NCBI RefSeq assembly: GCF_018350175.1
Contig: NC_058368.1
Location: 197,596,001-197,660,000 of the forward strand
Source of the DNA: Felis catus
Taxonomy: Eukaryota
Direction: 5' to 3'
Length of the DNA stretch: 64,000 nt
Positions 24,680 through 36,698 of this stretch are shown one piece after another (the stretch's first letter is position 1; each line of letters starts with the position of its first letter). The notes under the pieces are model-generated. The model did no database searches, was not told the origin of the DNA, and saw only the letters and a program-made list of their open reading frames with translations. The translations under genes and the position numbers were made by a program.

Positions 24680-25195
24680 TGTTTATCGTCTCAGTATAAC
24701 AGTCATACACATTTGATGTAGAAAATTTAAATGAAAACATAAACAAAGAAAAAAACAAATCTTCTATAGTTCTGATAATATAAAAAACAAATTTCATGCA
24801 TCGTTTGATAATTCACGTTTGCTACAAAAAATCTCTGTGTAGTTCAATATTCAGACATGAGATTCTTTAATAGCTACATAGTATTTTATTGACTGCATAT
24901 TCCTTGGTTTACATAATATATCCCATATGTTGGATAATGAGATTCAATATTTAGGATTCTTAGTTTAAGAATTTTGCTGCATTGAACATCCTGTAGTTTA
25001 CTTTTATTTATTTATTTTTAACTTTTGCCCTCAACCATGGTTATTTCCATGAGACAAGTTCCTACATATGGAATTGTTGGATCAATCTATGTGCACATTG
25101 TAAGACTTTTGCTAGATACTGTCACACTGATCTTGTAGAAGGTTGTACACTGTATTTTCTGAGCTGCAGTGTTTGAGGATGCCTGTTTTCCTAGA
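24680..25195 (-). mobile_element. Ancient L1ME-like 3' fragment
   Basis: ATATGGAATTGTTGGATCAA...TTTTGCTAGATACTGTCACACTG resembles antisense L1M. Confidence 0.6.
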
Positions 25196-25569
25196 TGAAG
25201 TGTGTCTTCTGGACTTTGTCTTCAAATTCTAGTGGTTTTTTTTTTTCAAATTTGGAAACTATGAATTATAGATGGTGACTGTCTGGGAAGTATTATGAAT
25301 TCCTGATATGATTCCAGCTCATATTAATTGAGTTTGTTAGTCAAATGAATGAGTTAAGTAAGGACAGTGATTTTAGAGACAGTAGTATGAAACTCAAAGT
25401 TTTTAGTACAATGGAAAGGATTAAATATCAGTTTAGGTGAAATGGCTTTTTATTCTAGCTTTGTGATCCTAAACGGGTATAATCGTGGCAAGCTTCAACT
25501 TTTTCACCTGTAAAATGAGGATGTCCTACTTATTTGTAGGTGAAGTAGACCATGTGGTCTAAGCGTGAG

Positions 25570-26109
25570 TGATCCCATTACCACTTTGAGGAGTACGCTT
25601 TGACCTATATAAACCCCCCCAATATAATCTTATCTCCCTTTCCTGGTAATTGGTTGAGAGAAAACAACCTAGCTTAAGCCAATCCGCACATTGCATTTGT
25701 AGTAGACTGTATCATTTTCAAAATATGTCAAGCATATCACATCTGGATGTTCTCATGGAAGGACTTTTTTTCTTACTCTACTGATAGCAGTCCGAGGCAA
25801 TGACTTGCTTTGTCCCCTGAAATGGGGGTTGAAGTCATATGTTCCATTTCCAAGGGGAAGGTTGAAGAGCTAGCACATGGGTCTGCTGTCAACATTTCCC
25901 CCCTGCCGCAAGATTGATATGCCCTAGAAATTGACTGTTCCTTCAGTCTTAGTCCCCCAACAGAGGGTATGGATGAAGTCTCAGCTGATCCACAGCTACC
26001 AACAGGAAAGTTAACGACAAATAAGCCTTTTTTTTTTTTCTCGGTAAGCCACTGAGGTCTTGGAGTCATTTGTTACCACAGCACAGCTTGTCTTAGGCTG
26101 ACTCATACA
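25570..26109 (+). mobile_element. MaLR LTR (MLT1G/H-like)
   Basis: 3' end TAAGCCACTGAGGTCTTGGAGTCATTTGTTACCACAGCA...CTGACTCATACA; 5' boundary uncertain. Confidence 0.7.
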
Positions 26110-26129
26110 CCATTTCTCGGGCCAGATTG

Positions 26130-26495
26130 AACATTTTTAAAGAGCGAGTACCTAACCTAATTTTATCTGTTAGGGATGATTCTCAAGGCATTTGTTTGAC
26201 ATCGGGGAGAAGAGGCACTCTCTGTCTTCGGAGGCTGTGATATATAGAGGTGTCACAAGGAAATGCTGTAGCATTTTGTTACAATGATAGAAATCAGTCC
26301 GAGGAAAGAGCAAACGAATGAGAATAACACCAAAAGAACTGCTTAGAAATGGAGCCAGAACCCTAATCTTAAATCAACGTCTGAAGTTGACATTCCTTTG
26401 AACTCTTCAGTTAAATAAAGCAGAAATAATAAACCCCCTCTACAGTTTAAGCTACACTGAGTTGAATTTTCTTTTATTTGCAGCCAAAGCATTGT
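26130..26495 (+). mobile_element. MaLR LTR fragment (MLT1J/K-like)
   Basis: AATAAACCCCCTCTACAGTTTAAGCTACACTGAGTTGAATTTTC...TGCAGCCAAAGCAT. Confidence 0.6.
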
Positions 26496-26723
26496 GGTTG
26501 GTTCAAATGTCTCACACAGCGTGATTAAGCAGTACACGGTGTGGGAAGCATGGCAACAGGACGATACCGTGAAATGGTAATTTTTGGCAGGTGTTTGTGC
26601 TGAGGGTGGTTGAAAGAGGTGAGGTAAAACTCAGAATTCTAGAAGATAAGGGATCCTGAGAGTAGGGTTCAGTATGGTTATTCTTCTGTAAGGCTGAAGT
26701 TAGAAACTGGGTGGGGCATAGGG

Positions 26724-26813
26724 TGAAGAAGAGATCTCTTCATGAATGAATGAAGAAGGTCTTCTTCATGAATGAAGAAGGTCTTCTTCATGAATGAAGA
26801 AGGTCTCTTCATG
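26724..26813. repeat. Self-complementary 22-bp minisatellite
   Basis: Unit TCTTCTTCATGAATGAAGAAGG, about 3.5 copies, preceded by the palindrome GAAGAGATCTCTTC. Confidence 0.93.
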
Positions 26814-27581
26814 GTTTCACACAGACTGATTCTGGAACTTCTTCACTCTGTGCTCTCCTTGTTCTTGTGGTCCTAGTATTGGTTCTCATCATTCTAGCTG
26901 ACCCTACAGAACTTCAAACACTTCCTGCTTGGCTAGATGTCCACTTCCAGCCTGCCCTGTTCTGTCACAGTTCATACTTTTAGAAGAGAGGCCTTTTCCC
27001 AGCTTCATCACTTGACTGGTAGGGGGCTTAATTAATTAACATTTGTAGCATGTTTCCAGCTCTTTAGTGGATTAGGGATAATTAGGAAAGCAGAGCCAAG
27101 AGCTTTTTATTATCTTCCTCTCTGCTGGTCTCTTTTCCTGCTTCTTCTGGAGAAAGTGGCATTGATGTTGACTTGAATGAACTTGAACTTGTTATACTGT
27201 CTCGTTTCATTTTTCATGAAGTAGATTCAGACGTCTCCCTGGTCCCCCATGGCAAACACTTTCCAAGGACCAGTCACTTCTCCTATAGACTAGGCAAATT
27301 CAATGCTGATAAATAATGCAAGCTTATAATCGCTATAAAGGGCAAAGTGTTTGAAAGCCACAGGTGAAAACTGCTGAATTCTTGCATCCTTCCTCTTACA
27401 AGAAATCCCCCTCCTAGCCAACTTGGACATCACAGTTATCCCATGGCCCCCACCCTATAATTGCCTCCCCACAGATAGTGCCCTGAAAACTATGGAATTT
27501 AAATGTTATGTTCTCCCTCTTTTTTTCTTCGCATCTTGATCGAAATTTTTCCTTTGCTTTCCTTACTTTACAACACATAAG

Positions 27582-28065
27582 ATGAATCAGTCAGGAACTG
27601 CATTTGGAGCTAATAACAGAAACTTGAATTAACGTGGTTTAACAGCATGAAAATTTATTTTGCTCTCTCACTTAGGCAGTCTGGAGGGCGACTTTCTATA
27701 GTTGTTATGGCGGTTCTGTGATATAAACTGTTCAAGCCTTCTTTTATCTTTGTGTTCTGTCATCATTAACATGTGATTTCCATCTTCAGGGGGCAGCATG
27801 GCCACCGCCAGCTCCAGGCATCAAATCTGTATTCTAGACAGGAAGAAGGAGAAAGGGGAACAAAGCAAAAAGGCCTCCTAACTAGATTAGCACCCCTCCT
27901 GAAAGCCTTATCTAGAACTTACCTCACCATCCCCACCTTAGGGTGAGGCTGGCAAAAAGTAGTTTTGCTTCAGGGCACAGTGATGCCCCCAATGAGGTCA
28001 GGTTTCTATTATTAAGGAAGAAGTGATAATGGGTAAGAAGTAGACCATTATCAGCTTCTATCACA
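27582..28065 (-). mobile_element. MaLR LTR (MLT1J-like)
   Basis: TAACAGAAAC...GTGGTTTAAC, CAGCTCCAGGCATCAAATCTGTATTCTAGACAGGAAGAAGG; ends TCTATCACA. Confidence 0.78.
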
Positions 28066-28158
28066 GGGTGAGTTAATCCCATTGAATGGAAGATGGCCAA
28101 CTGGCTTCTTTCTCTTTATTAATACTCCTATTTCCTTCTCTACCTCTCAAATTCCTAG
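28064..28158 (-). repeat. Right arm of 95-bp inverted repeat
   Basis: Reverse complement of 23998-24092 with 3 substitutions. Confidence 0.97.
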
Positions 28159-31100
28159 CAATTCCAGGAGAAAACAATGTGTCTTAAATGATAATCCTTA
28201 ACTCAATAATAATTACTAATATGTGTGTAGTATCTTAGGTTATCAAAACTAAATCCTCCAGTGGTCATGGCCTGTTGGGGTCTTGGGTAACTTTAGAGAG
28301 CAGAGACCATTTTATTTGAAAGAATATTAGGAAATCTTTATTTGACACGTGATACCCAATGATGACCCATCTAAAATAGATGCAGAGGGAGAAACCCTCT
28401 CAAAGATTTTAATAAGTTGAAACATTATATTAATTTCCCTAGACGCCTTCCAGCAGATTCACCTGCAGTTACTCAGAACCAAAAGGGACAGAATGTGAGG
28501 TTCTGGTGCTTTCTGTGTAGGGGCCCCGCCCAATCTCGTCCAGTTCAATTTATGTTCCCTCAATAAGTTCAGCAGTGTGTCTTAAGGTGAATTGCTTAAT
28601 GTGTTAGGTACCAGTCAGAATGCACCCCAACAGGACAGCATAGGGAAAAGATGGGTAGGAAAAGGCTGGACAATTTCCTTAGTTCAGTGTAAAGAAAATG
28701 CCCGGCAGACAACAGGTTAGCAGGCGTTCAATCAGTGTTAGCTCCCCGTTACTGTTGTGGTTCTGGGGAAAGAAAGTTTAGAAACTGCCAGGGAGATGAC
28801 CTCACACAGTCATTTCTTCTCAACTCCTTCCAGTGCCGTCATCCTGAAACAACGAGAGAAACCAAGGCAAAAGTGTGGAGATCTTTTCGCCATCAAGGAT
28901 TAAAAAACATTGATTTTGCCCTCTTCTGGAAACCAACCATTCAGTATTTGTAGGTTAGACCTTATCTAGAAGCTATTGCTGTCAGCAAAGTGCGGCTTCC
29001 TTCTCTCCTAGCACCCACTTTCTGTCTGCCCTGCCTTTCAGAGAGTAGGAAGCAGAACTAATACACCCTTTGATTCACTTCTGGTGCCTACTAACTAGAT
29101 TGAAGTTCAAGAATATGAAGATGTCATTTTTCCGATGAGGTCTCTTGGTCCTTGTTTTCTGCTAATGCTGTCTTAGAGTGGCCACCGATGCAAAGTTTAG
29201 AAGCAGTGTCATTGGGGAGAGCATATGGAACTTAAATCTCATTTCTCCCCTGGGACAGACATAAGCTGTTAATTAAAGGCAGATTCTAAAGATCGCGTTC
29301 CTGTGCGCACTGTCACATTGGAAAAGAACTGAAAAATCCGCTGAACGTATTTCAGCTTCATGTCAATCATTCTGTATTTGGGTTAAAGTAGTAAGCCACC
29401 TTTGATATGCCACATTTAATACAGGTGATGAATACCCTCCTTAAGATCCTTTAGTGCACTGCCAAACTCTTTGGAGAAGTTCTGAGCTCCCTAGCATAGC
29501 CTCTAAGACCTTTTGTGATCTGGTCTCTGGCGATTTACATTTTCAGGCTCACATTTTACGACCTTCTAACATATATCCTATAATCTAGCCATATCGAGTA
29601 AATAATAATAAAAGCTCACTTTTGGGGACCAGAGTCTATACTAAACACTTAACCCAAATCCCATTTGGCTTCAAGTAGGAATTCCTGGAAACGGAATTGC
29701 TGGCTAAATTAAGATCCGTGGGGGCACGTTCTTTTCAAATTTCCTGAGATCGCTGTGTGTCCTGAATCACAGTGCCCACCAATTTCCCTCAGTTCAGTTT
29801 CTGGTTGATCTTCCGGGGCTGCGGGGACTTTCCCCATACGGCCTCTTCATCCTCTGAGCTGCACCCGTGTCTGGGAGGCCTCGGGGAGCTGCTGTGCCTT
29901 GCATTTCAGCATGCAGAATGACAACACTTTTCCTTTGTGACCCCTGGGAGGCCCAGCCCTATCCACCTGCCTGATCTTGGTAACAGCTGTTACGGGGCAA
30001 CACTACTGGCCAGAATGCAAAATCAATGGCGAAAAGGAAATCAACAGCAGAGTCACTGTAGAGATTCGTCGCATACGATGTGCTATAGTGGTTTCCATGC
30101 ATCTGCAGTATATTGGAATAAAAACATCTCAAAGCTAACTTTATGACAAAGCGATGTCCTTAAGTAGGGTAGAGCTGTACCTTAATGGCTTCATTTAGCT
30201 CTCAAAAAAAATCCTGTGATTTAAATAAATTAAATTCAATGCTGTTATTAGAGGTGGAAACTGAGGCTAAGGATCGCTTACGTGGTTTGTTTGTAGTTGT
30301 CAGGACAACTCAACCGCTCTACCCTGGGAGCAAACTAACAGCTCTCAGCTTGAAATCAGGCACAAACTTTTGGAGGGGAGAAGAGGGCACAGTAGACTTT
30401 CTCATTCTCATTTTAAGGCATTTGAATTCACTACGGGTTAACTTCTTACACACATCCTCCCCCCCCATTAGAAATCTGGATTTCTGCTGGAAAATTAGAA
30501 GGCGTAGGAACACCAGGTCCTGCCTGGCGCCAACCACTGGAGCTGTAGAGGGGCGGGCCCTTTGAGTATGGTGTGTCCTCCTCCGTTTGCGACAGTCTGC
30601 ACTAATCCCCCTTGCCTCTCCCAGGACTCGGCTTACCCGGTTCTCTCCTATTACGGCTGGCTCCTGCGGCCATTCAAGGTTAGAATCACTGAACAACACA
30701 CACTCTTTCTCTAAGTTCCTCCAAAGCACTATACTTTGACATCTCCCTTCTTTTTGTTACTTACCTGTCCTATCAGATTCACTCAACCAATACGATCCAC
30801 TTCCTCTCCTGCCTCTCTATCACTCCCTCTACCCAACATTTTCCACCCCTGCTAACACTGAGCCTGTCTCCACAAGCACCCCGGGCACACCCCTCTCTTA
30901 ATTCTTACCGTCTTCTGTACTTGTCCTTTCCATGTGTTGTTCACACAAGGCCACTGAGAGCTGGGGGAAAGTCTTTCTCCTTAAATCTCAAGGTCCAACT
31001 TGCTCTTGGTCATAAGGAGTTTGAATAAGTGGATGGATAGATGGATGGATGGATGCCTGGCTGACTTCAACTCAGGAGGAAACCACTTTCTACTCCCCTT

Positions 31101-31323
31101 TCAAGAGCAGAGCAAGTGAATATTAAAAGCCATCTGTAGTGACCAGCCCTTGGCTTTTGACTGGAGCATAGCCTGGGCTTGAACTGTTTTATTCGTTTGC
31201 TTGGCAATTGCTTCTAAGCCAAAAATATCCAGGAGAAAACAGTGAAATGTTTTTCTCTTCCCAAAGGAGCTCAGAGCAGTTAATAATATTCAACCACAAA
31301 AAAAAGCTGAATGGTCATTTAGG

Positions 31324-31544
31324 TTTTTAAAAAATTTTTTTTTTAACTTTTATTTATTTTTGAGAGAGAGACACACAGAGCATGAGCAGGGGAGGGGCAG
31401 AGAGAGAAGGAGACAGAATCTGAAGCAGGCTCCAGGCTTTGAGCTGTCAGCACAGAGCCCGACGCGGGGCTCCAACTCATGGACCGTGAGATCATGACCT
31501 GAGCCGAAGTTGGACGTTTAACTGACCAAGCCACCCAGGTGCCC
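31324..31544 (-). mobile_element. Can-SINE
   Basis: Full body, ends CCACCCAGGTGCCC. Confidence 0.96.
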
Positions 31545-31572
31545 TGAATTCTTTTTAAGAATTGAAAAGAAA

Positions 31573-31734
31573 GGGGTGTCTTGGTGACTCAGTCGGTTGA
31601 GCATCCAACTCCAGCTCAGGTCATGATCTCACCGTTCAAAAGTTCAAGCCCGGCATCGGGCTCTGTGCTGACAGCTCAGAGCCTGGAGCCTACTTGGGAT
31701 TCTGTGTCTCCCTCTCTCTCTTCCCCTCCCCCAC

Positions 31735-31778
<44 letters not shown>

Positions 31779-31816
31779 TCAAAAATAAATAAACATAAAA
31801 AGTTTTTTAAAAAAAC
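31573..31816 (+). mobile_element. Can-SINE
   Basis: (CT)n, A-tail; TSD AAGAATT(G/A)AAAAGA. Confidence 0.96.
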
Positions 31817-32690
31817 AGAAGAATTAAAAAGAGCAAGTCTCTAAGACATTAGTCATTAACTATAGTTGAATGCTGAATTTAGCATTGAACTAGTATTGAA
31901 CAAAATTCTAGTCCACTTAAGAAAAACATTTATTAAACAAGATGTTATACTGGCCAACAAGTTGTTTTTTTTTTTTTTAAATGCCTCTTTATCTGATCAC
32001 TTTACTGAAATATTTTACTCGACTTTTGTTTTAACTAGGCATTCTGCCATCTGCAAATAACGATATTTTACATAGGCTTTCCCAGCAGCTAGCTTTCCTT
32101 TCCTCCTTTGTAGCTTATTGCAATTGAATAATCTCTCAACCCGTCACTGATGATGAAGTTACATGCCAACCTTGCTCCGGTCTTTTGAAAAAAAATTATT
32201 AGAGTAATACCTTCACGTGCTTAAACTAACCTAGTGGAAGGCTCAGAAGAAAAAATTATCCCTTATCCCTCTTCTCACTTTCTTTCCCTCACTGCAATCA
32301 TTTCAAACCATTCTAAGCTATTTCCTACTTTAATCAACTTAGTATTCCCAAATGCTGTGTTTTTATTGCTTTTCTTTCTGTTTTAATGTCAGGTATTATG
32401 TACTTGACTCCTTGTGATAGAAGGTGGTGATTCAACTCTCTTCTACTGGCCCTGTTTCTGCTTTGTTCTCCTCATCCTCTCCATTTGCACAGCGTATACC
32501 ACTATTTTAAAAACACAACACATGTCCAGTCTTCATTGCTGTTGCATGCAATAACCCCCGAAAGTCCCCTGGTCTCTACTCTTGCCTCCCTGCATTCCAG
32601 TCTCAATAGAACAACCAAAGGGCTCCTTGTGATGTGCAAGGAAGATCTCGTCACTTCTCTGCTCCCTACCTTGCTAATGGTTCCTCATTT

Positions 32691-33103
32691 AAAAAAATTT
32701 TTTTAACATTGATTTATTTTTTTTTTTAATTTTTTTTTTCAACGTTTATTTATTTTTGGGACAGAGAGAGACAGAGCATGAACGGGGGAGGGGCAGAGAG
32801 AGAGGGAGACACAGAATCGGAAACAGGCTCCAGGCTCTGAGCCATCAGCCCAGAGCCTGACGCGGGGCTCGAACCCACGGACCGCGAGATCGTGACCTGG
32901 CTGAAGTCGGACGCTTAACCGACTGCGCCACCCAGGCGCCCCAACATTGATTTATTTTTTGAGAAACAGAGCGTGAGCAGGGGACAGGCAGAGAGAGAGG
33001 GAGTCACAGAATCCAAAGCAGGCTCCAAGCTGTCAGCACAGAGCCCTACGAACTATGAGAGCATGAACTGAGCTGAAGTCGGACGCTTAACCCAGACATC
33101 CCT
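32691..33103 (-). mobile_element. Can-SINE with internal deletions, hosting a nested young SINE
   Basis: Body at 32943-33103; its tail is split by the insertion. Confidence 0.88.
32722..32942 (-). mobile_element. Young feline SINE nested in a SINE tail
   Basis: TSD AACATTGATTTATTTTT. Confidence 0.97.
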
Positions 33104-33130
33104 CTATCTATCTATCTATCTATCTATCTA

Positions 33131-33248
33131 TTTATTTATTTATGTTTATTTATTTTTGAGAAGGAGACAGAGACAGAGAGTGAGCAGGGGGAGTGGCAGA
33201 GAGAGAGGGAGTCACAGAATCCCAAGCAGGCTTATCCCAGACACCCTT
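33131..33248 (-). mobile_element. Can-SINE remnant after (TCTA)n
   Basis: Tail and 3' half joined directly to CTTATCCCAGACACCC. Confidence 0.85.
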
Positions 33249-33254
33249 CAAATT

Positions 33255-33480
33255 CTTTGTTTCTTTCTTTCTTAGTGTTTATTTTTGAGAAGGAGAGAGA
33301 GAGAGAGAGACAGAGAGTGAGCAGGGGAGGGGCAGAAAGAGAGGGAGACACAGAATCTGAATCAGGCTCCAGGTTCTGAGCCGTCAGCACGGAGACCGAT
33401 GCGGGGCTCGAACTCACGAACCGCGAGATCATGACCCGAGCTGAAGTTGAACGCTTAGCGAATTGAGCCACCCAGGCACC
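33255..33480 (-). mobile_element. Can-SINE
   Basis: Full body, ends CCACCCAGGCACC. Confidence 0.95.
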
Positions 33481-34340
33481 TCATTGGTTCCACATTTTAA
33501 AGTAAGAGCCCAGGTCTTTACAATGCCCTTCCAAGCCCTGCATGATCTGGCTTTCATCGCCTTCTGCTCTGGTCTCAAACCACTCTACCCTTTGTCTGCA
33601 TCTTTCCAGCCAAGTTGGTCTTCTTGCTGTTTGTCAGGCACCTTAACCAGACTCTTACCCAGCGGCCTCTCCATGGGCTGTTGCATCAGAATGCAACACG
33701 CTCTTAAATACTTGTGTGGCCAACACACTCACCTTCTCCTCAACCTGCCCCTCCTGCCCCTCCTCAGCAGGTCCCTCATTCTGTTAAACCTTTTAGTTTT
33801 TCGAGAGCACATATCACCTTCTAACATCCTGAATGTACTTCCTGACTGTGCCCCAGTTTGTTGTCTGTACCCCGACTCCTGCTGGAGGATGAGCTCCATG
33901 AGAGCAAGGATCTTTGTCTTGTTTGCTAACATATGGGACACACCAAAAAGAATGTGTAGCATCTAGTGGCTGCTCCAAAAACTGGACAAGTCAGTGAATC
34001 AATTTGGTGACTTCATGTGACGCACTGCACAGGGTTGCGACGCAGGCTGTACTGTCGTGGTCAGTCCACCCCTTCTCCTGTGCAGTGTCCTATTCCTACC
34101 AGAGTTTATCACGGTCCTTTTCTTCTCTTATGCCATCTGCCATGCGTATATCCTTCTTTCCAAATGTCCCATAGCATCAGGGTTTCGTTTTTAAGGAGAA
34201 TAACTGTTGTTTCTCTAATAAGTTTATTCTTGGTTTTTAGTAAGAGCTTTATTTTTCCCCCTTATGTTAAAAGCACTCATATTATTTTTTCCACAGCGTT
34301 ATTGACATATGATTCACGGATTACATCATTCACCCCTTTA

Positions 34341-34568
34341 TTTTTTTTTTAATTTTTTTTTAACGTTTATTTGTTTTTGAGACAGAGAGAGACAGAGCAT
34401 GAATGGGGGAAGGTCAGAGAGAGAGAGAGGGAGACACAGAATCTGAAACAGGCTCCAGGCTCTGAGCGGTCAGCACAGAGCCCGACGCGGGGCTCGAACT
34501 CACGGACCGCGAGATCACGACCTGAGCCGAAGTCGGACGCTTAACCAACTGAGCCACCCAGGCGCCCC
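34341..34568 (-). mobile_element. Can-SINE
   Basis: 15-bp TSD TCATTCACCCCTTTA. Confidence 0.97.
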
Positions 34569-34601
34569 TCATTCACCCCTTTAAAGTGCACAAGTTGATG
34601 G

Positions 34602-34943
34602 CGTTATGCTCAAAATTCGCATGTCGGAGATACTCAGGGATAAAGCCCTCGGAGAGGTTATTAGGTTAAAATGAGACCACGGGGGTGGGGTCCTCATCCC
34701 AGAGGGCTGCCGCGCTTGTGCAAAGGGAAAGAGAAACCAGAGATGCGCAGAGATGATCAAACGAAGACAAAGCAGCAAGGGGGTGGCCGTCTGCAAGCCA
34801 AGGGGAGGGGCTTCAGAGGAACCGAGCCCTGCCAGCACCCTGTTGTGGACTCCCAGCCTCCAGACCGTCAGATAATAGATTTCTGTTGTTGAAGTCTCCC
34901 AGTCTGTGGTGTTTTGTTATGGCTGCCCCAGCAAACTAATACA
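34602..34943 (+). mobile_element. MaLR solo LTR (MLT1B-like) nested in L1
   Basis: GGTGGCCGTCTGCAAGCCAAGG; ends CAAACTAATACA; exact 5-bp TSD GATGG. Confidence 0.9.
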
Positions 34944-35769
34944 GATGGTTTTTAATATATTCACACATATGTGCAGCCGTCATCACGGCTCATTTTAGAA
35001 CAATGTCATCACCTCAAAAAGACACTCCATACCCTTTGGCTATCATCATCTCCTGTACTCCCCATGCACCCCAGCCATGGGCAACCGTTAAGCTACTTTC
35101 TGTCTCTCTATATGTGCCTATTCGGGAAATTTCATATAAAAATACCCTATCGTATGTCGTCTTTTGTGATTGACTCGCTCGGCATGTTTTCAAGGTTCAC
35201 CCATGTTGTAACATGTACCAGTATTCCATGCTTTTTTAATAGCCTGATAATATTCTTTGTATGGCTATACTGCATTTGGTTTATCTGTTTACCAGTTGGC
35301 GGACATCTGGGTTGCTTCCACTTTTTGGTGTCTACCGTTTGGCTCTTATGAATAATGATGCTATCCATTTTATATACAAGCTTTTGTATGCACATGTGTT
35401 TTCATTCTCCTGGGATCGAGGAGTAGAATGGCTGATAAGATAACTCACAAGGTAACTCACAAGGTGACTCTAAGATTGATTGAGAAACTGCCCGACTGCT
35501 TCTCAACATGGCTGCACCATTTCACATTCCCACCAGAACGTAAGGGTTCCGATTTCAGCACATCCTCACCAATACTTGTTGTTATCTGACTTTTTGGTTG
35601 TGGACATTTTAGGAGGGTGAAGTAGAATCTCACTGTGGTTTTGATTTGCATTTCGCTGCTCACTCATGCCCTCAAGTGTCTTTTCATGTGCTTATTGGCC
35701 ACCTGGATATCCTCCACAGAGAAATGTCTGCTCAAGTCCCTTGCCTGTTTTTAAATTGGATTATTTCTT

Positions 35770-35974
35770 GGGGCACCTGGGTGGCTCAGTCAGTTAAGCG
35801 TCTGACTTCGGCTCAGGTCATGATCTCACATCCATGAGTTCGAGCCCCGCGTCGGGCTCTATGCTGACAGCTCAGAGGCTGGAGCCTGTTTCAGATTCTG
35901 TGTCTCCCTCTCTCTCTACCCCTCCCCTGTTCATGCTGTCTCTCTCTGTCTCAAAAATATATAAACGTTAAAAA
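35770..35974 (+). mobile_element. Can-SINE
   Basis: TSD AAATTGG(A/G)TTATTTCT. Confidence 0.96.
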
Positions 35975-36209
35975 AAATTGGGTTATTTCTCTTATTATTA
36001 TTGAGTGAGAAGATTTCTTTATTTATTATAGGTACAAGTTCCCAATCAAATACATGATTTGCAATATTTTCTCCCATTCTGTGGGCTGTCTTCACTTTCT
36101 TGATAGTGTCCTTTGCAGCACAAAAGTTTTTAATCTTGATGAAGTCCAATTTACCTATTTTTTCTTTTGTGGCTCGTGATTCTGGTGTCGTATTTAACAG
36201 TCTATTTCT

Positions 36210-36415
36210 GGGGCACCTGGATGGCTCACTCAGTTGAGAGTCTGACTTTGGCTCAGGTCATGATCTCACAGCTTGTGAGCTCAAGCCCTGCATCAGGCTC
36301 TGTACTTGCAGCTTGGAGCATGGAGCCTGCTTCGGCTTCTGTGTCCCTCTCTCTCTCTGCCCCTAACCCACTCGCATTCTGTCTCTGTCACTCTCAAAAA
36401 TAAACATTAAAAAAC
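36210..36415 (+). mobile_element. Can-SINE
   Basis: TSD AGTCTATTTCT. Confidence 0.95.
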
Positions 36416-36599
36416 AAGTCTATTTCTAAATGTAAAGCTTTACTTCTTTGTTTTCTTCTAAGAGTTTGATAGTTTTAGCTCTTAGATTTAGTTCTTGTAT
36501 CCATTTTGAGTTAAATTTTGTGTGTGGTGTGAGGTAAGGGTCCAACTTCATTCTTTTGCATGAGGCTATTCAGTTGTCCCAGCACCATTTTAAAAAAAA

Positions 36600-36698
36600 G
36601 TGTCGAATCACTGTGCTCTACACCTGAAAGTAATATAATGTTGTGTATCAACTACACTCAAAGAAAAGCAAAGAAAAACAAAAACAAACAAACAAAAG
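36600..36698 (+). mobile_element. Short carnivore L1 3' stub inside the older L1
   Basis: GAATCACTGTGCTCTACACCTGAAAGTAATATAATGTTGTGTATCAACTACAC plus A-rich tail. Confidence 0.8.

Larger units (their letters stand above)
32500..34000 (+). mobile_element. L2a-like 3' region split by a SINE cluster
   Basis: GTCACTTCTCTGCTC...AATGGTTCC, CAAGCCCTGCATGATCTGG, GAGCTCCATGAGAGCAAGGATCTTTGTCTTGTTT. Confidence 0.8.

Noticed and set aside
35147..36149. ORFs with L1 ORF2-like peptides (also at 51775-52035)
   Set aside because: Fragmented, frameshifted L1 fossils; there is no intact ORF2.
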